DNA from: Takakia lepidozioides
Taxonomy: Eukaryota; Plantae; Bryophyta
Assembly: GCA_030704615.1 (NCBI GenBank)
Contig: CM060731.1
Span: forward strand, 56,482,001 to 56,546,000
Direction of reading: 5' to 3'
Length of the DNA: 64,000 bases
Both the position numbers and the translations under genes were made by a program. The notes beneath the pieces are model-generated. The model was not told the DNA's origin, made no database searches, and was given only the letters and a program-made list of their open reading frames with translations. Shown here in pieces: positions 37,201 to 48,037 of this stretch. The number at the start of each line of letters is the position of its first letter. The first letter of the stretch is position 1.

Positions 37201-37899
37201 AATATGTCCCTACCCCCTCTCCACAAGGTAACCGGGTAGAGAACCTGTTGCGGCTTATGGTTTGGAATACTAGGTTCCTAACATAGCCTACACCTGCACC
37301 TGTATCCACCGCAAAACACTCCTCCTATGGTTGGCTGTCATCACCTTCCAACCTCACCATAGGAGAAACAATGATTGTCTGACTGGTCATCACCACCCCA
37401 GCCTCACCATCGACAGCATGCTCTAGGACTGGCCGTGATCAAATCCAGACCAATCACCTATAAAAAACAACGCCCACACAAAACTAACATGGCGCACAAT
37501 CAAGCATGCAGGTATGGAGGAGATCCCAACACAAGAAATCAGAACGACAACTCCCCCACACCACCAAAACAAACTCCACGGTGTTGCTCCTGCAAGGACA
37601 ACCCAGCCCAAACCCGGACTGACTCTTGCCTCCACCTACGGAAAGGTCTTGGCCTAATGAGAGGGTGGAAAACTACGAGGAAGAGAAGCTAAAACAATGC
37701 CTAACCCAGCATACCCTCATCCCAACACTCTTTTTCTCATCTCTTCTCTCACTTGCATGACCATGGGAATATCATGAAGATACTCCTCAAACCGCCCTCC
37801 ACGAGCTTCAAAATTCGGCCTTCAAGACCACATGCCAGTCCTTAGGTAGTCCACCAGTGCCTCCACGAGTCAGTACAGGCCATCCACAGGTCAATACGG

Positions 37900-38395
37900 G
37901 CCACCACAGACCAGCATAGGCCCACATAGATCACTGGTCACAGCCATCACAGCCATCACAAAGCCCCACACAGGCCACAGCCCATCAGCAGCCCCAAAGC
38001 CACAGGTCACATCCTCCTGTCACAGCCTACACACAGGTCACAGGATCACAGCCCTATAGGCCACAGCCCGTCATAGCCCCAAAGGCCACATGTCACAGCC
38101 CGTTGTAGCCCCAAAGGCCACAAGTCACAGCCTGTCACAGCCCATCACAACCCCAAAGGCCACAGGCACAGCCGGGCACAACCTGGCACAGCCTGTCACA
38201 GCCCTACAAAGGTCACAGGGGTCACAGCCCCAAAGGCCACAGCCCATCACAGCCCGTCACAGCCCGTCACAGCCCTTTACAAGTCACAGGGGTCACAGCC
38301 CCAAAGGCCACAGCCTGTCACAGCCCCTCATAGCCCCTCAGGCCACAGGGCACAACCTGTCACAGCCCGTCACAACCCATCACAGCCCCATCCAT
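37900..38395 (+). repeat. Minisatellite built from (t)cacagccc and ccccaaaggccaca units in the gypsy 5' leader
   Basis: Many imperfect copies are directly visible. Confidence 0.9.
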
Positions 38396-38789
38396 GGCCA
38401 CTCATGGCAGTTTAGCCATTTCTCCAAGGGGTTTAGCCACGCCAAGCTAGGGTTTGTGTCTCTTGGACTCTAGGCTTCTTTGCACCGAGCTATGACGGCT
38501 GTGAGGAAATCACAAGGTATTCTTGCTCTTTCAGCTCCCACACACCACCAATAGTAGCCCTAAGCCATGAGGAAGATGGTTGCCACAACCAAGCCTTCTT
38601 TCTCACTTAGACTCCCCAAACACGCCACTAAACTCGATGGCAAACAACCAAGCCTTGCTGGTTTCCAACCCTTGTGAGCACTCATTCAAGCGTTTTCCTT
38701 AGCCATAGCATCTATCTTAGAGCCTATTCCAGCCCCCTACAACTGCCACTTCAAGAGCCATGCTCTATCTAGGCTTGAGGTTGAAACCC

Positions 38790-39250
38790 CAACTTAGAAC
38801 ACGCTCTACAAGTGTCGGACTGTCACATAAGAGCAGATCAGCCCCTTACCTTCTCTTCTAGTTCTCTAAAGCTTGAAAACAAAAGCCCAATGGACTGAGG
38901 CATGCTCCACACATGCCCCACTCTCACCACAAGAAATTAGCCCCTTTGCTTCATTTCTTGCATCCACCAACCTGAAAATACAAGCTTCAGCGGGCTGGAA
39001 GCATGCTCCACACATGCCCTACAGGGAAACCAGCCCTTCCTTCTTTCTTTCTTGGACTCCCAACCTGAAAGTACAAGCCTTCAACAGGCTGAAAGCATGC
39101 TCCACACATGCATTGCCTTCACATAAGGGAAGTCAGCCCTTCCCTCTTCCTTGCTTGCCCTCCAAGCTTGAAGATGGAAGCTTCAATGAGCTGAATACAT
39201 GCTCCACACATGCAACCCCTTCACACAAGAGGTATCAGCCCCCTATCTTG
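38790..39250 (+). repeat. ~100-bp tandem repeats with core catgctccacacatgc in the gypsy 5' leader
   Basis: Core at ~38900, ~39001, ~39095 and ~39198; more diverged units at ~38800 and ~39505. Confidence 0.8.
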
Positions 39251-39928
39251 GCTCCTTGGCTCCTTGATGCTCTCTAAGACAAGACTAATCACTCCACAGC
39301 CTTTGCCAAGCTCCTGAAACCCTAAGGCTTACATTCCAGCCACAAAGACACTCCTCTTGTGGTACAAGAGCTCTTCTTCCAAGCTCTGAAACCCTAGGTG
39401 CACATTCCATGGCCTTGCCGCACCTCTTAGCTCCTGTTCCAGCCCTGCTCTTGCCATGATAAGAGCCCTCTCAATGCTGAAGCTCGAGATTGAAACCCAA
39501 TCTCAACATACTCCACAAAGTGCACTGATTTGCCCCAAGCCAAATCAGCCCTTTCGCTTGGTCTTGCAATCCTTCACACAATGAAAGCTCGCATTCCCAA
39601 GTCCAGTTCTCAGCTTTGCCACCAAAGCTACTCTAACCTGTTCTTGACTGGTCCTCTTCTCAATCGTGCTTGCTCATGCATATACACAATCTGAAACCAT
39701 CAAGGTGTTCTGGAATTACCTGCAGCATGGTGCTTTCATTTCTGAAGCTGAAAATCGAATGCCAAGGTCTACCACCTCGTAACCCACATCGCCTCCGCTT
39801 CTAACAACCAAGAGCTCCACGGTGCTCCTTGCATAACAACTTGGTTTCTTTCATTCTCAAGCAAAAACCACGAGTGCTACAACTGACTCGTATCTGGCAC
39901 TCACAGATACGAGCTGATATTTCTCGAG

Positions 39929-40255
39929 TGATAAAGAAGAAGAATACAAGCGCAAGCTCATGCGAGCTCACAAAGCTGAAGCATAAACTCATGCATATAT
40001 AAACTCATCACTCAAATACAAGTCAAGCCAAGTGCACCCCACGCCATGGGGAATCCACACTACGGCGCCATAGCTAGGCGTGGTGAGGCTCAACTCGAGA
40101 AAGATGAGCCTTCCGCGCTTGCCGTGAAGATAACCACTCCAGGGCCTAAATCTGCCTTGACCCCTGGATTGACACTTGGGCCAATCCCAAATGTCAATAT
40201 GTAAAAGCTAGCTATTTCCTAGCTAGTTTCACACTAGTGGTAAAATAACTTGACA
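39929..40255 (-). repeat. Repeat B, 5'-terminal copy (327 bp)
   Basis: Near-identical to 29562-29888; ends TGACA followed by TSD TAGA. Confidence 0.95.
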
Positions 40256-40390
40256 TAGACTATCCAATGGACCCCTGGGCGGACCTGGTGGATGGGCGGT
40301 GGGCTTATGAGCTAACCCCATGGGCCATACTCGCGGGGCACACAGACGCATTGAAGACGCTCTTATTGAAAAATCGTTGGCTTATCAATC

Positions 40391-40700
40391 TAGTTCACAA
40401 ATTACGTTGCAGTTTCACAATAGATTAGCTACTGCAAGTACTTTCTATCAATCGCTCTGCATAGGTATAGCATGGCAAGATTGTAATGATTCTCTCATTC
40501 TTCGGCATCAATCGTTGTATCTCTTGTCTTTTATGCCACATACATGAGTATCTTATTTAGTATTGGATTATCATCATAAAGTTGTTTAGAGCATGGTTGC
40601 AAGAAGTAGTCATATGGCAACTTGTAAGACAACTAAAATCGCAAGTCAAGCAAAAGATCATCTAGCAACGATTAGAAGTAGTGCAGGATAGACGCGGATT
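40391..40700 (-). mobile_element. Ty1/copia gag N-terminal part, continuation of 25750-27848
   Basis: AMLYLCRAIDRKYLQ*LIYCETAT...RL joins ITTHEQRTSENIY once the MULE is removed. Confidence 0.7.
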
Positions 40701-41729
40701 GTGATGTGATAATTTGCCAACGTAACATAGTTTGTAATGATTCGATAGATATATACAAATGTTTACTGATCAATGAATATACCAAAACTCCCACTCTACT
40801 GCATTCACTCCCACTTTCTTTTCCACTTCAATGGACATTGGTCATGTCAAGCCAGCTACAAGGCGATTGAACTTTTCTACCATACGAACTTTAGTCAAAA
40901 TGTCATCAATCTGGGTTTGTGTGGAGACATATTGAATATCAATGTCACCTTATTGTTTGTTGTCGTTCATCGTTGTCACGTCATCATCATCTTGTTTCTT
41001 TGAGCTGCCCAAAAAAAAAACTGACGTATGAAACTCATTTTTGCAAATATGATCTAATGTTACTTTCTTTTTTTCTTTTGTTTTTTCACATATTCAATGT
41101 AAATGTTACAACACTTCCAAACATCTAAGGTAAACATGTTTCAAATTACTAATATATTATGATAGTACATATATAAATTATAAATATGACTCAGCTAATG
41201 ACATGTTGAAACTCTTAATATTGGATTTTTTGTCTTTTGTCTATATTTTGGACAATTCAAAATATTAATTTGTTATAAGTACACATCAACACTCGCTATG
41301 AATATATTAGATGTATGTAAATATATATAGTTTTTATATTTGAATATTTTAAATTTGTATTAAGATTCTGATTTATAAAAACCTTTATGGAATCCATCAT
41401 TGAACTTGACATTGTTATTAGAAGTCGTCACTAGTAGTGCAAAGCAACGCATCACTAGTAGAATGAAAGATTCCAATTTAAAATGGTGAAACAAAAGTGG
41501 TGGGTAGCTTGATGGTTGGGTGCATCGTATGTATATATATGATGCCAACTGAAGCTAGCGTATATGATCTGAGACTTCTTCCCTTGCGGGTACTACGGCA
41601 TCAATACATACTCTGGAGGAGTGGGGTTCAAAGGTGATGGTGTGGTTCAATTCATGTATTGAATGATTTGAATAAGTTAATAAAGATTTTGTATGTCCTT
41701 AAAGCGGATCTCGGCTCCTCTATTCTTAA

Positions 41730-42010
41730 TATTTGCTCCCTTGTTCCCACATATATATCACTCCAATGTTTCCGCTCCCCTGCTCCCCTATTACTGCTTC
41801 CGCATCCTTGTGTTCATGCTCTCCCGCTCCCTTGTACGTGCTCCCTTATTACTACTCTTGCTCCCTGTATTACTGCTTTCTGTTACTGCTCCCTCGAAAG
41901 AAGGGAGCAGGGGAGTTGTAACAAGGGAGCAGTAACACATGGGAGTGATAAAGCGGGTCTGAGGGAGCAAGAGAGTGAGACCATGGAGGGGACCTTGGGA
42001 GCGCGGGACG
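41730..42010. repeat. Fold-back repeat: tgctccc array facing a gggagca array
   Basis: Centre ctgctccct-cgaaaga-agggagcag at ~41886-41910. Confidence 0.65.
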
Positions 42011-43743
42011 TGGGGAGGGGCGTGAAGCCTGGGGAAGCCCTGAACTTGATATGGTGAAGATTTGACCGCAGACCCATGAGGGGCCTCTCTAGCTAGCTCC
42101 GGCGATCGGGAAGGCTCGCACGTGTGCATTCAACTCCTATCTTATGTCTAGTGCAAACCTCCAACAAATGGCTGGTGGAGATATATGCCTAAATTTCCTC
42201 CAGCAATGATGCTAGCTTAGGCTTGACATTTGCACTCCTAGTGGAAATATAAACCAGAATAAGGGATGATCCCCCCAAAAACTCTAATCTGAGCCCACCA
42301 TTGGCTGTTCCAATGGTGCACCTATTTTTTTACATTTCATAAATTAAACATTGTCTCCCCCCTCTTTATAGGTGTCCCTCCAACCGGGCCCCCCTTTCCC
42401 CTTCTCATCTGCATGTCCTTCCCCTCCTTTTCCACCGGCCCCTCCACTTCGTCATGCCATTTTTTTTACTGGCTGAATTGTTTTGAAATGAAACTTGGGC
42501 TACATAGCTCCCACCACTTGACACCTAACTAGCGCAAATTGGCCGGAACCATCCCCTATTTAATATCATGTATCACCTTCTTGCCTTCTTTTTTTGGACC
42601 CCTTCATCTTGAAATCCCTCTACATATGCCTTATTGTGTAACCCCCCAACCCTAATTCCTAGACCACTCTAATTCCTGTACCACTCTAGACTGAACAGGG
42701 CCCACCCAAACTTGGGGGGCTTATTTGCATCAACCACCGTGTGTGTCCATTATGTGATGGAACTGCTTGCTTTGAAAGACAGCTTGGACCGGAATAGTGT
42801 GTGCTCTTCTGCATGTCTTTTTGTCTGTAGTAAGGAGCTCTGCTGTTTGGAGGAGCACAAGATATCGAAGCTTCGGCAGTCAGGTGTAGAGTCTTATGTG
42901 ATTGAAGGGTAGTTGGATGTTACGCTCAAAAGTAGTGTGGATGGAGGCTTGAAGACAACTTTGTTTTACCTAGAGAGAATGCGTAGAGGGAAGCAACCTG
43001 AGCTTCAACTCCATTCCACGACTACACAGCTCTCATCCAGCCGTTCCAAATAGATGGATGAAGAACAGGTACGTGTCGTACAAGGCGCCTACGTAGGCTA
43101 GGTATTCCGTATGGTATACGGAAAAGCAACTGCTGGTTTGCTGCCTACGCTTTTCGCTTACGCTTCGTCCACCCTGGACCCTTTCGTGCATCTCGTCGAA
43201 TTCGCGTGCGCTCTCGTAGACGTACGTCTCCGTCTCGTCTCTTCTGTTGCTTGTTCGTCGGCCGTCAACGGTCACACGCCCCGCCTGCACGTTTGGAATG
43301 CCAGCTCCCGCCCTTTCCGATACTCCTCGTCCTTTCAAGTTTGGTCTTACCGTGTAAGGATCAGTGTGCTCACATGGAAACGCTTCAGTAATCAACTCTC
43401 CAAGCAAGAGGGTAGTCGAGGAAAAGTAGGGCGTCTATGCTTTTAGTTTGACAGGCTCCCAGGATCTGATAGTCCAACCTTTGTCTCGCCTATAGTCAGC
43501 GGAACTTGAGTGTGTGAAAGCCATATTAATTGGAAGCAGCGTTTCACTCTGTCTCTGTCCTCATCACAATTTTGGGACTATGCGAGGGAGATTCCTCTGT
43601 TGAGTGGGTTCTTCTTGTTTTGCTTTGTCTCATTGGTCCCGGGTCACTTTATGTTGTTTCTTAATTTCTCTTTCTTTCTTGTGTACAGGCTCGGAATGAC
43701 ATTAGTTTCCTCCCTCTCAAGATTGTAGACCTTTCTCAGTACC

Positions 43744-46484
43744 ATGTTGAAGTCCTTCTCACTCTCTCATTATAAGGCTGACTGCCTTCAACAAGGTAGC
43801 AGCAGAGACCTGGCATGCAGGACTCTGAAGCGATCAGGTTCGGGTGTTCATTTCATCAGACTTGATTCTGAGACCTTGTCAAACGTTACCACATTAGGGC
43901 CCCAATCCAGAGGTGCTCTGCAGTGTAGACACGATGGGTTCTCCATGGATGGTCAGAAATTGCGGAGCAGTTTGATGGATGATTCAGAAGCCTCATCAGC
44001 AACATTGAAATCCAACTACCAACTGAAGAAGCTGCTGTGCCAGAGCTTTCGAGCAACAGGGTAAGTAGTTAGTCTCTCTCTTTCTTGGAATGCGAGCGGA
44101 AACCAGGTGTCTACTGGTGACTGTTGAACCTGATACCCCTCAGGTCTGGACAGTTCTTTGCATGAGAATTACCTTGGAGGATGCTTGGGAACATGTTTTG
44201 AATGCTCTAGCGTGTTCAGTTTTATGGGCCACTTGGGTAGGAAAAGTTTTTCCACGGGTGTAGACTGCCTAAGAATGTTCCACCCTGTTTTAATCAGATT
44301 GATACCAGCATTTACAGTTCGGTGAACGTTGGCTATAATCTGGTAGATCCTCTATAGACCACAGCAGGGACCAATGTAGACTGCAATCTGGGTGATAGAA
44401 GGGGTTGGTCTCAATCTGGGTGGAAAGTATAATGGTGATACCAGCTTTTCTATTGCAACCCTCCACCTTCACAGATGTGGGATTCATCTGCAACATGAGT
44501 GACAGAAACTGTTGGAGAGAGGAGTGCGATGAATCTGTTTTGGCACCTGTTGCTACACAGGGTAGTATCCACTGCTATCACACATAGTGAAATTCTAACA
44601 TTGAATGTGCCTGGCAGCTCCTGCTGGATCTATTCCTGAGATACATGCAACCCTCCCCTTAAATGCGCAGTCTTTTGCAAATTTTTTCAAAGCAGCTAAT
44701 CTAACTACCCAGATGTGGTAGAGCTTTCATTAACGAAACGTTTGGAAAAGACTGCACAGCTACTTCAACGAGGCTGTACAAACTCTATAGTCAGCAAAAG
44801 ACCAGACTTTCTAAATATCCTCTTTGGAATGTCTGTCTTGCAGATGTTCTGCGAGCATGCTCAACGAGGACATGACTCCGAACCCCATAAGCACAAAGAA
44901 GTGTGAGAGACAGATTCAGAAAAGATGGCCAACAAACATACTTGATGACGCCCATCTGCCTCCTTCCAGCTGTGCTAGCTACCTTGACTCTAGATTCAGA
45001 GGTATTTCGGGTGACATGGATGGGGGACCTGAGTCTAGTAAGGCCAGAACTGCCAATCTCTCTTCACCTCGCCAATTAGCTGATTTCTTCAAGAGACGGA
45101 CACCGCACCACAGTGAGGAAGAAGGCCAACAGACTATTTTTCTCTCCCTCAAAGTGGCGTTTTCTTCTTCGACACCAATCAGTTATGATGGTTCTCAGAG
45201 GAGATTGGTTTCTAGCGCAACAAATTTTCTTGGGTTCTTGTGGGAGAACTGGCTACAGCTGTTGGATCCTGCACAGGGTGAGTTAGTTTGAAGCAGACAG
45301 CTCATCTCTTGGATAAAGTCTTTGCAATTGGCATCTTATGTCCATCTAGCTGAAAATCAGTTTTTTGTCAAATTACTTTACAGGTGATGTTTGAGGGGGA
45401 GACCTCTGTGTTGTAGATGTGATGTTCAGAACAATCGTACAACTGTTAATATGTTAGCACTTCTACACAGTGCAAAGCAGTCACAGATAATCCTGCAAAA
45501 CTTCCTCTGATTGACCTCCATGCCTAAATAATTCTGTGGCCTGTTGTGTTGTGTCCTTTGGGCCTCCTGCGGATGTTCTTTACTTGGTTATATTCTTTTT
45601 TGCTGATGTTGTTTTCTTCTTGTTCTACTTTGTCCCATGGGGCCCCTATGGACGTTATAGATTTTCTTTCTTTCTTTCAATGTGGTGATATCTTGAGTTC
45701 TCTACAATGTATGGATGTGGCCCAACAATGTTAGCTTATATTCTGAATAGCAGATTTCAGTGCAGATGGCGGAAGCGGGAACGGGAATGGCAACTGGAAC
45801 TCAGTTCCTCGCATTTGCTATGATGGTGATGACAACAACGAGAAAAAGTCTATTTGTGGCAAGCATAAGAATACAATGTACCATTGGTGCGTGCTGTGGC
45901 TTGCTGTTGCGTGGGGTTCAGTTTGCACATTCAGGATATTCAGTGGTCTTTCCCAGCCTGCGACAATTCTCATTGGTGCATTTGTGGACTGTGTGTTATG
46001 GATTGGCCTTTTGTGGTGTATTGTTACAATACTTCTTTGGACCGCAAGAATGGTTTTCTCTATCTGTGGCTGTGCTCTAGCTTCAACAGGGTTGAGTTTG
46101 AGTCAGTTGAAACTGTTAGCTTCTGCTATGGGATTTCTGACAGACATCAAGTTGGATGAGCGAATGGCTCAGAACATAGGAGTGCTGCCTGGATTGGTTC
46201 TCTCTGCTTTTCTCGTCTCTGATCTGTTGTATTATTTGAAGCATTTGAGTCTGAACTCTTCCCTCACTGGAAGTGTTCCCAAATTCTTTGTGGAAGTAGG
46301 CAGGTGTGTCAGAATTTCTTTCAGTACATTAACAGATTGTGCAAAGCCTTTTAGTCCAAAGTGCGGGATTGTGCATGAGAAGAGACGAATAGGTGGCTCA
46401 AAACAACCCTCAGTATTCAAACAGGGGTTGCTTGGAAGAATATTTAGTCTCATCTATCAGAATTCCAGAACTCGTACTTTATAG
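43744..46484 (+). CDS. Putative multi-exon gene, unknown protein with a Gly-rich linker followed by hydrophobic helices; middle exons unresolved
   Basis: ORF 43744-44060 ends at GTAAGT; exon ~44843-45277 ends at GTGAGT and splices in frame (tgcag|AT, 45766) to DGGSGNGNGNWN...MYHWCVLWLAVAW...stop at 46484. I could not phase the 44.06-44.84 kb exons. Confidence 0.45.
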
Positions 46485-48037
46485 TGGTTACAATCTCTAT
46501 GGCACAATCTGGTACTTCCAGAAGGTACTTAATAGAAATCACATTTTGGGTGAGAGAGAATGTATGAATGTACGAACTCATGAGACATTTGCCAATAGCC
46601 TTGTGGCCATAGACCCTTTATCCAATTTCGGTGGAACAAAAACGGGAGACAGGGCAAGGGAGTGGAGGTTAGGTTATGAGAACATGGTGCAAAGTGATTT
46701 TCAGGGCTTTTGCTGTTGGGGCTGCGATTGAAAAAGACCCACAGGAAATTCCTGGAGAGATTAAACAGACTGAATCAAACAGACAATTTACATTTAAGTT
46801 GGGACATTATGGACTGCTCTGAGTGGATGAACATCTGCTGTATCTTTAGTGGGTCATGATCACATGTCAAAGACAACCGGTTCAATTCTTGGTCATCGGG
46901 AGCAGCCCTACAGCACTGATGCGCAAGGCGTAGTAGAATGCTGATCTATTCTGTACCCTGCGGCCATGTTTCACAAGGTCGGCTTACACGACAGAACCCT
47001 GCCTACAGCCAACGTGGCCCAGCGTACAACCTGCCAGGCTATAGAGCCCGTAGACTCTTCTTTTTGCTCCATCTGTAAAGAGCCATGCACTCTTCAGTCT
47101 GCTCCATTTTGAAATTCCGTGAAAGGTTGTGGGCTCTCTAAAACCGTCTGCCAGTCTTATAATCTTAGATGGGTCAGTGGTCGAGGTGGAAAGAATCTAC
47201 ATACAGGCCTCGACAGTCTAGGGACAAACCTACTTAGTCGTTGGCCTTTTCCAGTGGAGAACGATGATGATAAGCCGGAGGCAACGCCAGAACCGCGAGT
47301 CAAAGGTGAAGGCCTACCTCAACTTCAAGCCATGCGAGGTTTCCTTTGCAGGTTCTGCTTCGGTTCACTGCTGGAACTCGGCCTTCATCAAATAGAGACT
47401 TAGTTCTGGTTGCAGCTGCTGCTTTGGCAGTTAACCCCTAAAGGACGAGCTAACTTTTGGGAGTTTTCCCAAAAAGTGGGCCATACCCTCCATTGCTGAG
47501 CTTTAACTTCCTGCCCCCTTACATCCAGCTGGATGAACCGTTCCATTTCATCCCTACCTACTACATGAAGGTCCTCAGAAAATTGTAGCACTTTTGACCA
47601 TTCCATTTAGTAGATTGGCCAAGTTGAAACCATGAACCAAAAAAAGAGAGGAAAAATTGCTTTGACCATGCAAGTTTGATGATTTTACATTTTTTCTTGA
47701 AGAAATGGCCTCCATAATCCGGATAAGGGGCAACCAACAGGTCATCTCCCAGAATCTCAAACCCAAGATGCCAAAAATATGGGGCTGCTTTGTATGTGAA
47801 ATCTGGGGGATAAAAAATCTTGTTTTGGCTTCTTTCCCAAGTACACCCATGAGGTGACATTTGTTTTTCAATTCCTCTGGTAGTAACTGCATAGTAACGT
47901 TTCATGGTGCCTTGTCTACATTTTTTGGCATTATGATAAATTTTCAGCCCTAGCTGTTATCTTGAACATTGATCTGACTACCACGTTGGATTTCGTGAAA
48001 CCTTGGCACTTTGCAAAATTCTAGGGATAAGAGCTTT

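Larger units (their letters stand above)
29404..40255 (-). mobile_element. Ty3/gypsy-type retrotransposon with split direct repeats, encoding gag-PR-DNMT-RT-RNaseH-IN-PHD
   Basis: TG...CA ends, 4-bp TSD TAGA (29400-29403 and 40256-40259), RT-RH-IN order, PPT-like AAGGGGGCG at 30081-30089, repeats A and B as listed below. Confidence 0.95.
27849..40381. mobile_element. Non-autonomous Mutator-like element (MULE), ~1.7 kb without its nested gypsy
   Basis: 9-bp TSD TTATCAATC at 27840-27848 and 40382-40390; imperfect TIRs (taatagcgtcttcaatgc / gcattgaagacgctctta); copia gag joins across the site; ends resemble the 54866-55655 element. Confidence 0.8.

Noticed and set aside
38090-38473. 127-aa repetitive ORF
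   Set aside because: By-product of a stop-poor minisatellite on the antisense strand of the gypsy leader.
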